A stretch of DNA of 64,000 nt from contig MU053594.1 of NCBI GenBank assembly GCA_013239625.1, positions 1,926,127-1,990,126 of the forward strand, given 5' to 3'. Position numbers and translations under genes: made by a program. The DNA is from Lama guanicoe (Eukaryota). This document shows, one piece after another, positions 1-13,704 of this stretch (positions are counted from its first letter, which is position 1; each line of letters opens with the position of its first letter). The notes under the pieces are model-generated. The model had not been told where the DNA came from, did not search any database, and was given only the letters and a program-made list of their open reading frames with translations.

Positions 1-363
1 TTAGCTCAAGTGCAGGTGCTTCAAGGGTAACCTGTTCTTTCTGCGCTTTTCTTGAGAGCAGGAGCAAAGGTAGGGGGGTCAGAACCCTACCTTCCTGCAA
101 ACTCAACCTAGCCCCCTCATTTTGTGGAACTCCATCCACCCCCAGGTAACTCAAATACAGCTCCAAGCTAATGGTAGCAGATAAGAGACAGGCCCAGAGA
201 AAACAGCAAGACTTGGGCCACTCACAATTCCAGGGACTCTGGACTTCTTTAAGCTTAAAACACGTCCGCCATCTCTGGGCTGCCAGCCAGTCCCCCAAAG
301 CAGTAGATTCTCCCCCATAGCCCTAGTGATGAGATGATGAAACAGGTCCTCCCTCCCCAGGGC

Positions 364-612
364 TCACACTAGGGTCCCATTCTTGTTATCATAGCGGGGT
401 GTGGCCTGGGGGAAGCAAAGGATCGCATACTCTGTGGCATTTTCCATTTGCAGGTGCTTCACCTCCTGGGCAGAGCGTGGCTGGGTACTGCTGCACACTT
501 GAATGTCTGCGTAATGTAAGCTGCTGTCCTCAGACCTGAGACCTTGACTCCTCTCCCGAGACGCAGGCTGCTTTAACACTTGCTCATACGTATGTCCCGC
601 TGTGGCATGGCC
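364..612 (-). CDS. C11orf52: C11orf52 homolog, coding exon 4 (last)
   Basis: Acceptor ctctcag|GGC; encodes GHATAGHTYEQV...LHYADI...TEYAIL...KNGTLV-TGA, matching the C11orf52/DUF4578 C-terminus. Confidence 0.93.
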   Translation of the reverse strand, partial: GHATAGHTYEQVLKQPASRERSQGLRSEDSSLHYADIQVCSSTQPRSAQEVKHLQMENATEYAILCFPQATPRYDNKNGTLV

Positions 613-848
613 CTGAGAGGAATGGACAACATTAAGGGAGATTCTTGGCTTGATTTTGCCCCTCACCTCCAATGCAGGGTCAATTACACTGATGTTTCTT
701 TGCTTTGCTCCATTGAGGGAATAGAGGAAACTGGGTAGAACCAGCAAGGTTATAGATGACTGAGAAGTGTCTGTCCCAGGATGGAAAAGCTGAGTCCTAG
801 GATCCCATGTCTGAGCATCCCCTAAAAGGGACTGAGGCCTGTCTTTAC

Positions 849-907
849 CTTTGTGTAACTCTGTTGCTGTTGCTGCTGCTGCTTTGGTGTCCAACTTGTG
901 TCGTTCC
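849..907 (-). CDS. C11orf52: C11orf52 coding exon 3
   Basis: tcccag|GG AAC...ACA AAG|gtaaag; 59 nt, (G)NDTSWTPKQQQQQQQSYTK; phase fits neighbouring exons. Confidence 0.9.
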
Positions 908-1888
908 CTGGGAGGAAGAAATATGACTTAAATCCATTTTCTCTTCCTGCTCTCTTTGAAGACTGCCCTCTTCAAATCTCTATTAAAGTATCATGGTGGG
1001 CTTCTAACTAATCTCCCTGTGTCTCCTCTCATCTCTCACTCCTTTGCAGAGTATCCAACCTGGCCCTTGCACAATCTGCCCATAACATCTTCCATCCTAA
1101 GTTTTCACTGGCCCCTCACATAGTTCAACAAATGTATGTTGAGAGCCGACTGTATGCCGGGCTCTGTACCACATTCTGGGGACAGAAGGATAAGTAAGCT
1201 GTTTTCTTCGCTTCTGGGAGTTTATAGTCTGTTCAGGGAGTCACATAAGAGTATACACACTATTACAGGGCAACGTGGTTAGAGCTCAGCTACGCCAAAC
1301 ATTCGGTCACTTTCCGTCAAGTCACTCTCTTTCTTCCTTCCTTCCTTTCTTTTTTTCTTTCTTTCATATTTCTCTCTCTCTTTCTTTCTTTTTTTTTTTC
1401 TTTCTCCATGAGATAATTCCCCTGCCTAAAATATCCCCTCCTCTCTGCTCCTCTTCTAACGTGTGACCTTGCTTCACTGGTGTTTTCGGAAGCACTAGTA
1501 GACGGAATTACAATTACTTGCTTACATGTATCTCTCTCTCAAATTTGGTTTTCAGCTCTTTTAGGGCCGAGACCACGTGCCCTTCCTCTTGGGCCTCTCT
1601 GCCTCCTTGGGGCCCTGCAGAGTGCCTCACATACAGTATAAGTATTCAGTAAATTTTTGCTGGATGAATGAAAGAATGAGCAACAACCTTGCCACTCTGA
1701 GATGATGGAAAGGATGAGACTCTGAGTTTCAGAACTGGTCTTGAACCCAGCAACTTAAAGATTAATTTTGGTGATCTGTCTCCTTTTAGTCCTTGCCCGT
1801 TAGGCCCTTTCTAAAGACATTGGTTCTATTCTCTTCTCTAATTTGCACCCCCACTCCAGAATCCCCCCACCCTCCCAACTTCCGTTAC

Positions 1889-1926
1889 CCATTTTCTTTT
1901 TCCTCTGGAAAGTTGATGGGCATCTC
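1889..1926 (-). CDS. C11orf52: C11orf52 coding exon 2
   Basis: ttcacag|G AGA TGC CCA...ATG G|gtaac; 38 nt, RCPSTFQRKKKM(G). Confidence 0.9.
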
Positions 1927-4511
1927 CTGTGAAGGGAAAAACAAATCACTCACATGTGAGAACCTGGGCTCTACCTTCCCTCTACATCATTTGCTGTGTA
2001 AACTCCTTAATATTTTGGGATGACCTTCCCTTACCACCACCACCCCCCAACAAAGATTCACCCTGAGCCAGCCCCAAAGTATTTATTAAGGGTACCACAC
2101 ATCTTCCAAGGGGATGGTTCTGGAAGGTGGAGTGGTACAACTGACATAACCAAACCCAAAATACAGCCTCAGGCAACCGGGCACTCCGTGCCAGGGATGG
2201 AGCCGGGCTGAGGGCTATTCTGAGATTGTCTACAGGCTATTCCCAGCAGACAGTAAGGGAAACCTGCCAAATAAGGGAATATTCCTGGGTTCGGAGACCC
2301 TCTTGCTTCTCCTCTGGTGTCTTTTTTTCAGGGTCTCTGCCAACCCGGGGTTCTCATTCTGGGAGTCACAGGAGCTGCCACCACCAGGGCTAACAGTTAG
2401 GGCCCCGCAAAGCCCCTTCCTGACAGGTGACCTCCCTCTTCACTTCTTTGTCCTTGTTTTTAATTAACAGAGGAAGTGAGAGATGCTTAACCTTTAACAT
2501 CCACAGCACAGGGCGCTCTGAGCCTGGTGAGTGACTCAGCTACACTGCCCTTGCTGCAGGACAGACCTCTCAGACGCATTTCTGGGCCCCTGGGGTCCCC
2601 AGTGGAGCCAGTGTGTCTACGTGATTGTCAACTGTTTGACGGGCAGAGAAGCGACACTTGTCTGAATAGTTTGTGGCTTACTCCGGATGCTTTTTCTTGC
2701 TCGTACATTTCCCACTGTCACCAGAGCCAACCCTACTTGTCTGACTTCTCCTCAAGGAAGTTTCTTTCTTTTCCTAATTAAAAAGAAAAAGAGAGGGCAG
2801 GGGTGGGCGGGGATTTCTAAGTCATGTTCATTTCACTACTGTAGAAAGATCGGGATTTTTCCACACATAGCAGACAGAGGTTTGTGTTTTGGTTGGATTT
2901 TCAGTTTTAATGCAGCTTGCTGAGGGTCGAGCAGTTAGTCTCCACTGAACTCTACAGGTGGTTTGGAAGAAAAGCTTTGAAATTATTTCTGTGTCTTTCT
3001 GCTTCCTCTTCTGCTATTTCAGCTCTTCCTTTCTCTTACCGCTGTAGCCATAGCCTGAGCCTCTAATTCCTCGTCCCTTGTCACACTTGTCTTCCTACTT
3101 ACTTCTACTTAAACGGATAAAGAGAATATTAATTCTAAAATAACACAGACTTGGGCAACTCCATTTTTGTGAACACAGCCTGTTCCCAAGTTGGAGGTTG
3201 CACAATGCCTGGACACAACCCAAATGGAATATTCAGTTAGACTCACGGGTGATAGGATTTTATTTTTAGCTCAGAATTAAAGAACCTAAGTGGGCACTCT
3301 CCTATATTGGCCGTAGGAATAAAAATGGGTGCAATCTTTCTAGAATGCAATTGGCAATAAGGATAAAGCCTTAAACATAAATGTGTGTACCCTCTGATGC
3401 AGCAGTTCCATAGCCTAAGAAATAATCAGACGGGTGCAGATATAGATGCTCATTGTAGGCTTATTTATAATTGCAAAAAGCAGGAAACATCCTTAATGTC
3501 CAACATTGGGAACTAACTAAATAAATGGCATCTCCGATCAATGGAACGTCATACAAGCATTTAAGAAAGATGTTGGAAGAACACTTAATAGCATGGAAAT
3601 TTTTCTTCTTAAGATAATAGAAGGATAACGTGTTTTGGGATTAGATAGCTTTTTAAAAGGATGACATGGAAATATACTAAAATGTTCCTGTCGTCTCTGG
3701 GTGCTCAAATTTATGATTGTTTCTTATTTTCTGCTCTTTGGTATTTTCCACGTTTTCTACAGTGAATGTGTATTAAGTAATCAGGAAAAAAATTTAAATA
3801 AAAATCTCTCCAAGTGTCATAGTGTCTTTTAGTTTCTGGAAGTTTATTGAGATAATGAGAGGAGAACAGTATTTGTCCTATCCTACTCATGTTTTAAGAG
3901 GAAAAAATATATTTTGGTTAGAATATCTGACGTAGTGTTTCTAACCAGGCTCTAGAGTCTGACTGACAGTATCAAACTAGCTGTATGACCTTCAGCAAGT
4001 TTTTTATTTCACCAGGCTTCCATTTTCTTATTAATAAAATGAAGATAATAATAGAACTTAAACTTCAGGGGATTATTGTAAAAATTAGATGAAATAATAG
4101 ATGTAAAATATTCAGCTAGGTGGCACATGAGCATCAGTAGAATCTGGCTACTATGACTACCACCATCAGAGGAAGAAGTAACCAGAACTGAAGACTATGA
4201 AGACCTGGCTGTCTTTCGGTCGAGTGTAGTGATTGTGCGGGACTGGGCTTCAGAGTTAAAACAGGGAGACTTGAAATCTGGCCTCACTGCTAACCAGCCT
4301 GTCACCTTACCAGCTTATCTCACTTTTCTGTTTCCTTATCTATTTCCTAAAATGGAAATAGGGTTGCTGTGAAGGTTAATTAAGTCTCTATATATAGAAC
4401 GTTTAAAATAGTGTTTGACATGTTCTAATGTCTAGCTTAAGTGTGAATTGCGTTGTTTTTATTTTTGTTTTGCTGATTGGTCATCTTTATCAAGATTTTT
4501 TTTTCATTACT

Positions 4512-4707
4512 ATATACAAACTACTATACACAGAATAGGTAAACCAGGTCCTACAGTATAGCACAGGGAACTATATTCAATACCTTGTAATAACCTATGA
4601 TGAAAAAGAATATGTATATATGTATAACTGAATCACTACACTGTACACCAGAAACTAACACAATTATACTTCAATTAAACAAAAACTGAACTCAAAAAAA
4701 AAAAAAA
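4512..4707 (+). mobile_element. L1 3' UTR fragment with poly(A) tail
   Basis: tacaaactactata...gtatagcacagggaactatattcaa...tacttcaatt followed by an A-run; typical laurasiatherian L1 3' end. Confidence 0.8.
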
Positions 4708-5243
4708 GAAGACAACGACTATGAAGACTTGGGAAGAAAGGGAGGGAAAGCTGCTTTATACCCCCTCCTCTGGAAGTTTTTATGTTTCCAGATATCCTTT
4801 GTCTATAGGACATCTCAGAGTTTAAAAAGTGCTTCATCTGTTTTTTTCAGTCCTGACAATATTCTGGGAAACACATATTATTGTTCTTATTTTGCAGATG
4901 AGCCAATTAAGGCCCTAGAATTTTGGTATCTTACTTAAGAAGGCAGGAACCAAATTTCCAATGATTGCTAAGTCTTCTGCACCTATCACTATGCCTGATG
5001 CACATAGGTTTTCAATAAAATATGTGTTCAATTAATGAATGGATACATGAATGAGTAGAAGGAACAGGACTGGAATCCAATGTACTGACTCCAAATCACA
5101 TGTGCTTTGCAATGGACCTCACCTACCTCTCTAAGTGTAACGACACTTTACTCATAAAGAACATCCTCAAGATTCATGCAGGCACGGAGTGGTAGAGCCA
5201 AGAATGCAGTGGACAGGATAAAACCAGGTCCAGGGGTTTATAG

Positions 5244-5624
5244 TGTTAAAAAGAAACAACAGGCCCCGAATGGAGTTTCTTGTGCTAAGTTCACATCACC
5301 AAACCACCACTCAATACGTAGCCTAACTAGAGTTTCAGCCTTCCCCAGGAACGAACATAGTCTTAAGTGGCCATTTGGGAATTTTCTGGTCAGCACCAAT
5401 GAGGTCATCTGCCACACAGACCTTTTCCATCGCCCAAAGGAAGATGAGGTCATCCGACCAGTTCCTGATCCCTTCCCCCTCCTGCCTATAAAAGCCTTCC
5501 ATTTTGTACAGCTCCTTGGAGCTCCTTTCTGCTTGCTGGATGAGTTGCTGCCCGACTCATGAACCATTCAAGAAAGCCAATGAAATCTTGAAAATGTATT
5601 TGGTTGTATTTTTGTTGTTTGACA
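5244..5624 (+). mobile_element. Solo ERV1-class LTR
   Basis: TGTTAAA...TTTGACA inverted termini, 4-bp TSD ATAG/ACAG (1 mismatch), internal cctataaaag TATA. Confidence 0.8.
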
Positions 5625-5904
5625 ACAGCCATGACAAACTCTGGGAAAGAATGATAAAGACATTATAATTCATTTATTGAGAGACTTCTGCACATCCTCT
5701 GCTCTTCAAACCCATGAGCTAAGCAACACGGGTTGTGTAATCTATATTTTATATACGAGGAAAAAGAGAAGTTACAGGGTTTGCCTAAGGTCACACAGCA
5801 AGTGAGTGTGAAAGTTAAATTCAAATATTCCGTGGACATTTCTCATCCTCCTCCTCACTTCTGCCCCTTTACATAAACATTCCTCCAAAGTTGATTTGCT
5901 TGAT

Positions 5905-6160
5905 TTGGCAGGCAGTATTATGCAGTGGTTAAAAGTATCGGCTTTGAAGTCAGACAGCTCTGGGTTGGAATCTTGGTTTATTTGCTTATGAGTCATGTGA
6001 CCCCAGACACAAATTAGTTAACATCTCTGAGCCTCAGCTTCTTAGCTGTAAAACGGCAGGAATAAGGCCACCTCCCTCAGAATTGTTGGGGAAATTACAT
6101 GAGATTTTTTGTAAAGTGTCTGGAACAGAATACGTTCCCAAATGCTACAATTATTATCAT
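5905..6160 (+). mobile_element. MIR SINE
   Basis: MIR core: gcagtggttaaa...tctctgagcctcagcttc...ctgtaaaa; boundaries approximate. Confidence 0.75.
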
Positions 6161-6468
6161 TATCTGGAGGAGAAAGGAAGAGAGGAAAGGGAAAGGAGAG
6201 GAAGAGGAAGACAGAGAAGATATCAATTCACCATTCCAGCCCTGTCCTGGCTACTCTACAGACAGCTGGCTTGGCTGGGTTTTTCGAGCTTTCCTGAAAG
6301 GAGAGGGCACAGAAAGGGGTGCTGCTCTGGTGTTGGCTCCTGGAGGCGCCAGGTGAAGCAGGTGACAGTGGGACGTTGCCAGAGAGCTCTCTGCAGGCTC
6401 TCTCTTAATCTCGAGGCCTCCGTGTCCACCAACGGAGACATTACCCTCCACAATTTGCCCCTACTCAC

Positions 6469-6500
6469 CAGCTTCCCCCACAGCAGAGCCGGTTTCCCAT
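6469..6500 (-). CDS. C11orf52: C11orf52 coding exon 1
   Basis: Kozak-like accATGG; MGNRLCCGGS(W)|gtgagt; total CDS 32+38+59+249=378 nt. Confidence 0.9.
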
Positions 6501-6730
6501 GGTGCTCTGTCTCCCAGGGAGCCCAGCTGTTTTTCCACAGAAAGAGGCTTGTGCATTTCCTGGTTCCTGGTTTAGCTTTCAGTAGCAGCTCCCAGGGAGC
6601 CTCTGTCAGTGTCAGATTTCAACCTAACAGGTTGGACTTTGGAAGCCACCTGCTGGAAGGATTCCCAGGTGACTGCTCCCAGCCAAAGGGTAGAGGAACA
6701 CACACAGGCTCCAGGTGAGAGCAATCTCAC

Positions 6731-6797
6731 CTTCGCGATTTGAAGCTGCTTTGATGAAGCCGTGAACTTGGAGCTTCATGCTTCAGTAAAAAGAAAC
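6731..6797 (-). other. Candidate 67-nt cassette exon (C11orf52 5' UTR or HSPB2-C11orf52 read-through exon)
   Basis: Acceptor ttttctatctcag| and donor GAAG|gtgaga, both near consensus. Confidence 0.55.
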
Positions 6798-7589
6798 CTG
6801 AGATAGAAAAGGACTCTGAGTTTCCTTAGGAAATGTCTTGCTATTACATCACACTGTCATTGAAATATATCCTCTATAACAAAGAGGCTTACCTACGTTT
6901 CCCCAGGACTACCCAGGTTTAATTGACTTTCACTTTCAAGATAATCGGTATCGGTCTCTTATCATCCCTGTCCAGAATCTGAGTTTGAATACTGGACTCT
7001 CTTGGAAACTAAAATGTAGGGAAATAGATTCCTTTTATATTCTCCCTTGCTATTGGAATTAATGTGGGCAAATCACTTTTTTTTCCCCTAGAACTGTAAA
7101 ATGGAGGACTGAACTCATTACTAAATCCCTTTCTGGTCAAAAATCATATGATTCTATTATCGGAACGGTCTCAGCACTTCTTAACCACTCAGCTTCCCAT
7201 TCCCAGTATAGGACTACAGAAGATTAAATGAGATAATATATATAAAGCTCTAGTCCAGAGCCTGGCACATGGGACCCTCTTGCTAAGTCCTAGCTACTAT
7301 TATTATTACTTTTTTGTTCTCGGCTCACTGTCAGATGGTAAAGCATCTTCCTTTGCTGTCTTGTGCTGGACCTTTGCACTAGCCTCAACAAGCATGGCCA
7401 GGCTCCTTCCTGGCAATTCATTCTGTACTTTTCCAATAACTGTACTCTTTTCATCCTGTTACCCAAACTTCTTAGCCTAGCACTCAAAGCCCTCCACAAT
7501 CTGGTCCCTTTTCAGCCACATTATCTAATTTAAAGGAAAAAGCTTAAAGGAAAATGCCTGAGATTTTATATGACCAGAAACTCCAAAGG

Positions 7590-8200
7590 AACCAACAGTG
7601 TCTTGTGGTAGCCAGAAAACCTGATATACCCCAAGCAGCGTTAACAGAAGTCTAGGAAGAAAAAAACCAAAAAACAGAAATCTAGAGTGATAAACAAGGG
7701 TACTGATTATTCCACTGAAGTCTGTGCCAATCAGTCCATGACTGGAATAATAAACTTAGGTTTACATGTTGAATTTCAAATTAAATTGTTAAAAGGCATT
7801 ATTATGTTCAAGAGAAAGTTGTCTGAGTTAAAAGTGGTATGGAAAAAGTCCTAGATAGGTTTAAAAGAAGATAGGTTTAAAAGAAGGAGGCATGTTTAGT
7901 TGAGAAAGGGAAACTATAGGAGGACAGGATGGTTATTTTTAAAGATCTGAAGTGACTCACAAGTGGAAAGAAGGGTTGCATTTATTTTTCTGGACGAAAC
8001 TGGAACCAACAGGCAGAAGTTACTGACATGCAGATTTTGTTTCAGTAGAAGAGTTTATAACACATGTGTCCAATAAGAAAATGAAGTGGACTACTTGATG
8101 AAGTTGTAAGTTTGCTGTCGCTCAAAACGTCCCAGGAGTTGACTAATAATCTTCAAAGAATTTGAATGGGATGGGGATTTCAACTAAATCAGAGTTTTCA
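7590..8200 (+). mobile_element. Old L3/CR1 LINE fragment
   Basis: Degenerate CR1-like segments (aacagtg..gtggtagccagaaaa, ggcatgtttagttgagaa); boundaries approximate. Confidence 0.5.
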
Positions 8201-9565
8201 AATTTCTTCCAGCTAAGGAATCCTTTTTTTTTTAAAATAAAGCTCATATAAAAATTCTAATTACAAAACAGATCAATCTGAAGCTGTTCTGGTTGAAGTC
8301 TGAATAGGATCATTTTAAAATTCTTTTTCTTCTCAACTAGATGTTCAGATTCCTGAAAGTAGACCATAAAGGAGCATAGTTTTAAATTTATATTTACAAT
8401 GTATAACCTCCATAGTATATTACTTGGGGGTTAATAAATGTTTATTGAATGAATGAACAGAAGAATACATCAATAGTTATTTCTCTAAGGCATGCTTTCA
8501 TTTTTAATAGACAGAAATCCTTCAACGAAGAATTGAATTCTTCAAGTGAGGGTTCCTATTCTGGGGGTCCACGCATCCCTAAAAGGGGCATATGAATGGA
8601 GCTCATGAGTTGTGTGAATCTATTCAAACTGTATGCCAAATTTGGAAGCATGTGTATTTTTCTGGTAAGAGGATCTATTACTTTTATCAGATTTTTCAAA
8701 AGGATCTTTAACCCAAAAAAGTTAAGAATCAACCACTTCAGTGGATGAATTTCAGGTGTCTATCACAGCCTCATGTATTTGGAGGCAGGGAGGTCTTCTG
8801 GACACTCCTCAAATCATATACACGCATGCTCTCTTAATTACAGAGAGTAATTGAGAGGTCAGCCCCCCAGACTTTCCTGAATCCATCATACCCCTAGTAT
8901 TAAGTAAGACTCTACTTCCAAAGGAAGTTTCTCTGGTCATCACCCCCACACCGACAGCCCTAGCGCCCCTGCATTTAGCCTTGAATTGGGTGGAACGAGG
9001 CAGTGACTCCTCTCTTTGGAATATTTCAAGGTTAGAAATAAATGCTTTCTCTCATAGGCAGGAGATGGGGGGACTTTGTGGTTCGGTGACAATGGCAGAG
9101 GCTTCTGTGACTGTTCCCGTGTCCTTCAGAATCAGAGACCATTTTTTGTGGACAGAACTTAGCACGGGAAAACAGGGCTTTAGGTAACTCTGCAACCAAA
9201 AGCTCTTTTCCCAACCCCTACCATAAACAGGCCAGACAGTCTGGAGACCCTTGTTTTTGTGTCTCTAATCACCAGCTCAGACAGGGCCCTCTGGGCTGTT
9301 TGGATGGCATATCCCTTTTCCCTCCCAGGATCACTCTCTCTTTTGTTGCATTGTGAGAAAATTATGGCCAGGAATTTGATCCGGAGCCAGTGTCAGCTTC
9401 CGGGTATGATCTCAGCATCCAAGTGTGAGCTCAGGGTGCTGTGACTTTGGGTGCATCTAACTGAGGAGCTTTCGGTCTAGCGGTCCTTTTTGTCTCCCTC
9501 CCTGCCCATCCCATCCTCCAGGCCGCAGAATAGGGAGCAGCACAAACAAGGCCCTGAGATTTGGG

Positions 9566-9571
9566 TTTATT
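9566..9571 (-). terminator. HSPB2: HSPB2 polyadenylation signal AATAAA
   Basis: tttatt on + strand, about 180 nt past the HSPB2 stop. Confidence 0.8.
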
Positions 9572-9748
9572 CAGCTCCACCCAAAACTAGAGGAAAATGC
9601 TATGACACGTCCCAAGGGACCAAACCATACATTGTGGACCACGCACTTCTCCCTCCCGCAAGGATGCTGCTACCTCTGGGTGGTGAGCAGCTGCTCATAT
9701 CACCACGGGAGCTAGAAAGGGGTTCACTGGGTGCTGGGTCTGTGGCAC

Positions 9749-10203
9749 TCAGGGCTCAACACTAGCTGCCTCCTCCTCTTCCTCTGGGTCAGGAGGTGCG
9801 GGGAGCAGGGAGATGTAGACCTCATTGACCTCTGTGTCCAAATGTCGGCCACCCCGAGGCGCCTCCAGGTTGAGGATGCCATCGTGGGAGAGAGCAGCGC
9901 GGACCCGCCAGGGGTCAACATCAGCAGGCAGGACGTAGGTGCGGCAGAACTCCCGGGACACGAAGCCGTGGCGGTCCAGGCGCTGGGGGTGCCGGGCAGA
10001 CACCTCCAGCAGGTTGTCCACAGTCCTCACGGTCACCTCATCTGGGGTAAAGTGGCTCACATCCAGGAATGCCTGGAACTTGCCCTCACTGAGCCGAAGC
10101 TCAGAGGCCCCTGCCCTGCTGCCCTCCCCAGCTTGGGTGGCCCGGGGTCGCACATAGTAGCCATGGTAGAGGGTGGGGGTCAGGATGTCTTCTGGCAGGA
10201 GGC
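9749..10203 (-). CDS. HSPB2: Heat shock protein beta-2 (MKBP), exon 2
   Basis: ccttcag|GC CTC CTG CCA; alpha-crystallin domain FLDVSHFTPDEV...SREFCRTYVLP; ends EEEEEAASVEP-TGA. Confidence 0.97.
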
Positions 10204-10669
10204 CTGAAGGGCAGAGAGAGAGAAGGCAAGAAGCAGGATGAGGGAGGATGAGGTGGGAAGGAGGGTGGGTGAATGAGTGGAGAGCAGGAGGTGAGACCTG
10301 GGGAGAGCCAGAGGGGAGTCAGGAGCAGGAGGGAAGAGGAGGGAGGAGTCCCGGCGGCTGGGAAGAGGGGACTGAGAAAGAACATGAGATGGGGTGGAGG
10401 AGAGCAAGCCAAACCGGGTCTGGGTGGTCCGAAGGGGACCCAGAAGGCACCCGGAGGGGGCAGGGGCGGGCATCAGCGCGCGGCGGGCGCCCTTCTGCGC
10501 CGGGGTCAGCGGGACGGGGAGAGAGGCCTGCCTGGGGCGGGGTGGGAGATGGCTCGCCCCAGGAGTTCAGTTAAGCCGGGAGTGGGGTGGAGGCCAGCAC
10601 CGTTGGGAGATCAGCCCAGAATTTCAGGAGGTGGGGGTGGGAGGCAAGGGGGTGGCGTCCGTGCCATAC

Positions 10670-10763
10670 CTTCTCCGAAGCGCTGCTCGCCCAGGCGGCT
10701 CGGGTTGGCGAACTCGTACTCGGCGGTGGCCGGGTGGGCATGTGGCACCGAGCGGCCCGACAT
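10670..10763 (-). CDS. HSPB2: HSPB2 exon 1
   Basis: MSGRSVPHAHPATAEYEFANPSRLGEQRFGE(G)|gtatgg; 94+455=549 nt, 182 aa. Confidence 0.97.
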
Positions 10764-12116
<1,353 letters not shown>

Positions 12117-13167
12117 TAAATCTGGCTCTAAGTGTCTCAAGTGTCATAGGCACTTGTATGTCTCACAATGAAACAAGATGAGGTCCCTAGTTCTGCTCTG
12201 CCTCAGTGCCAGTGCATCTGATATGCCTTTGTACCCTACTGATTACATTTTCCCCATGTGCTATGCATAGTACTCTGTGTTCCTTATCTCCTAAGTAGGA
12301 TGTCCTTTCTGGTTTGATTTATAAGGATCTACAGGGAAAAAGCTGCCTTCAGACACCTTCGCTCACTCTTCTGATATCTCACACTCCTGACAAATATTGT
12401 CATCTCAAACTTCAGAGCCAGGAGACAGTCCTACCTCATTCTGAGGTTTTTTTTATCCTCGCTGCTTGGAGCTGGACACAGCAACCACACTATTTTCTTC
12501 CTTTCTAGTCCCTCTTTTATGATTTTCCGAGTTTCTCAGGGCTGTGACAGGGCACTGGCCTGGGTTCAAGACTAATGAGGAAAGAATGTAGGTTTAGTCT
12601 TGGGGCCCACCCCCCAACGACTTGTCCTAAAAGGGTGGGAGAATGGGGTGAACAAATAAGGGTGACAGAAGCTGTCAGAGATAACACTCTGGTTTAAAAA
12701 TATTCAAGTGTGAGTAAACAGGAGCTGAGTGGGTGAGGGCTTTGGAAGGATAGTCAGAGCCAGCAGAACATTCCAGATTGAGTGGGTGGGAAACTTGGCA
12801 GAGACCTGAGCAAGAAGAAGGGACCTTTGTCTCACAGACAAACGACAAGGCCAGGCATTAGGTCAGAGCAGCAGCAGAAGCCATGTCCAGTCTCATCCTT
12901 GTGATCTGTCCCCTGGGTGGCCTGTCTTCTTCCCTGTCCCTGTAAATAAAGTTTGGGTCTGATGACCAAGTGTTGTACCTGGGGTACCACTGTGGTAGCT
13001 TTTCTGAACGAGAGAGCCATGTTTACTCACAAAGGGATTTTTAGCCAAAAAGAGAAGAATAAACTACCTGGACAGAAAGTAAGTTTGCAGAATAATGATA
13101 CTGTACTAGTGTAATCCACACTCCTACCATCCTTTCTCCTACCCTCTCCCCACCTTGCTATTTCTAG

Positions 13168-13704
<537 letters not shown>

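Noticed and set aside
364..894. 176-aa single ORF
   Set aside because: It runs from C11orf52 exon 4 back through intron 3 into the wrong frame of exon 3; only 364-612 is coding in this frame
2500..2538. CTCF-like CAGCACAGGGCGCT next to AP-1 TGACTCA
   Set aside because: Mismatch at a core CTCF G; could be an enhancer but cannot be supported from sequence alone
5176..5567. Overlapping 128- and 109-aa ORFs
   Set aside because: They lie within a solo LTR; chance ORFs
6083..6718. 211-aa + strand ORF
   Set aside because: Starts in a MIR, crosses a purine-rich repeat, is antisense to C11orf52 exon 1 and shows no recognisable homology
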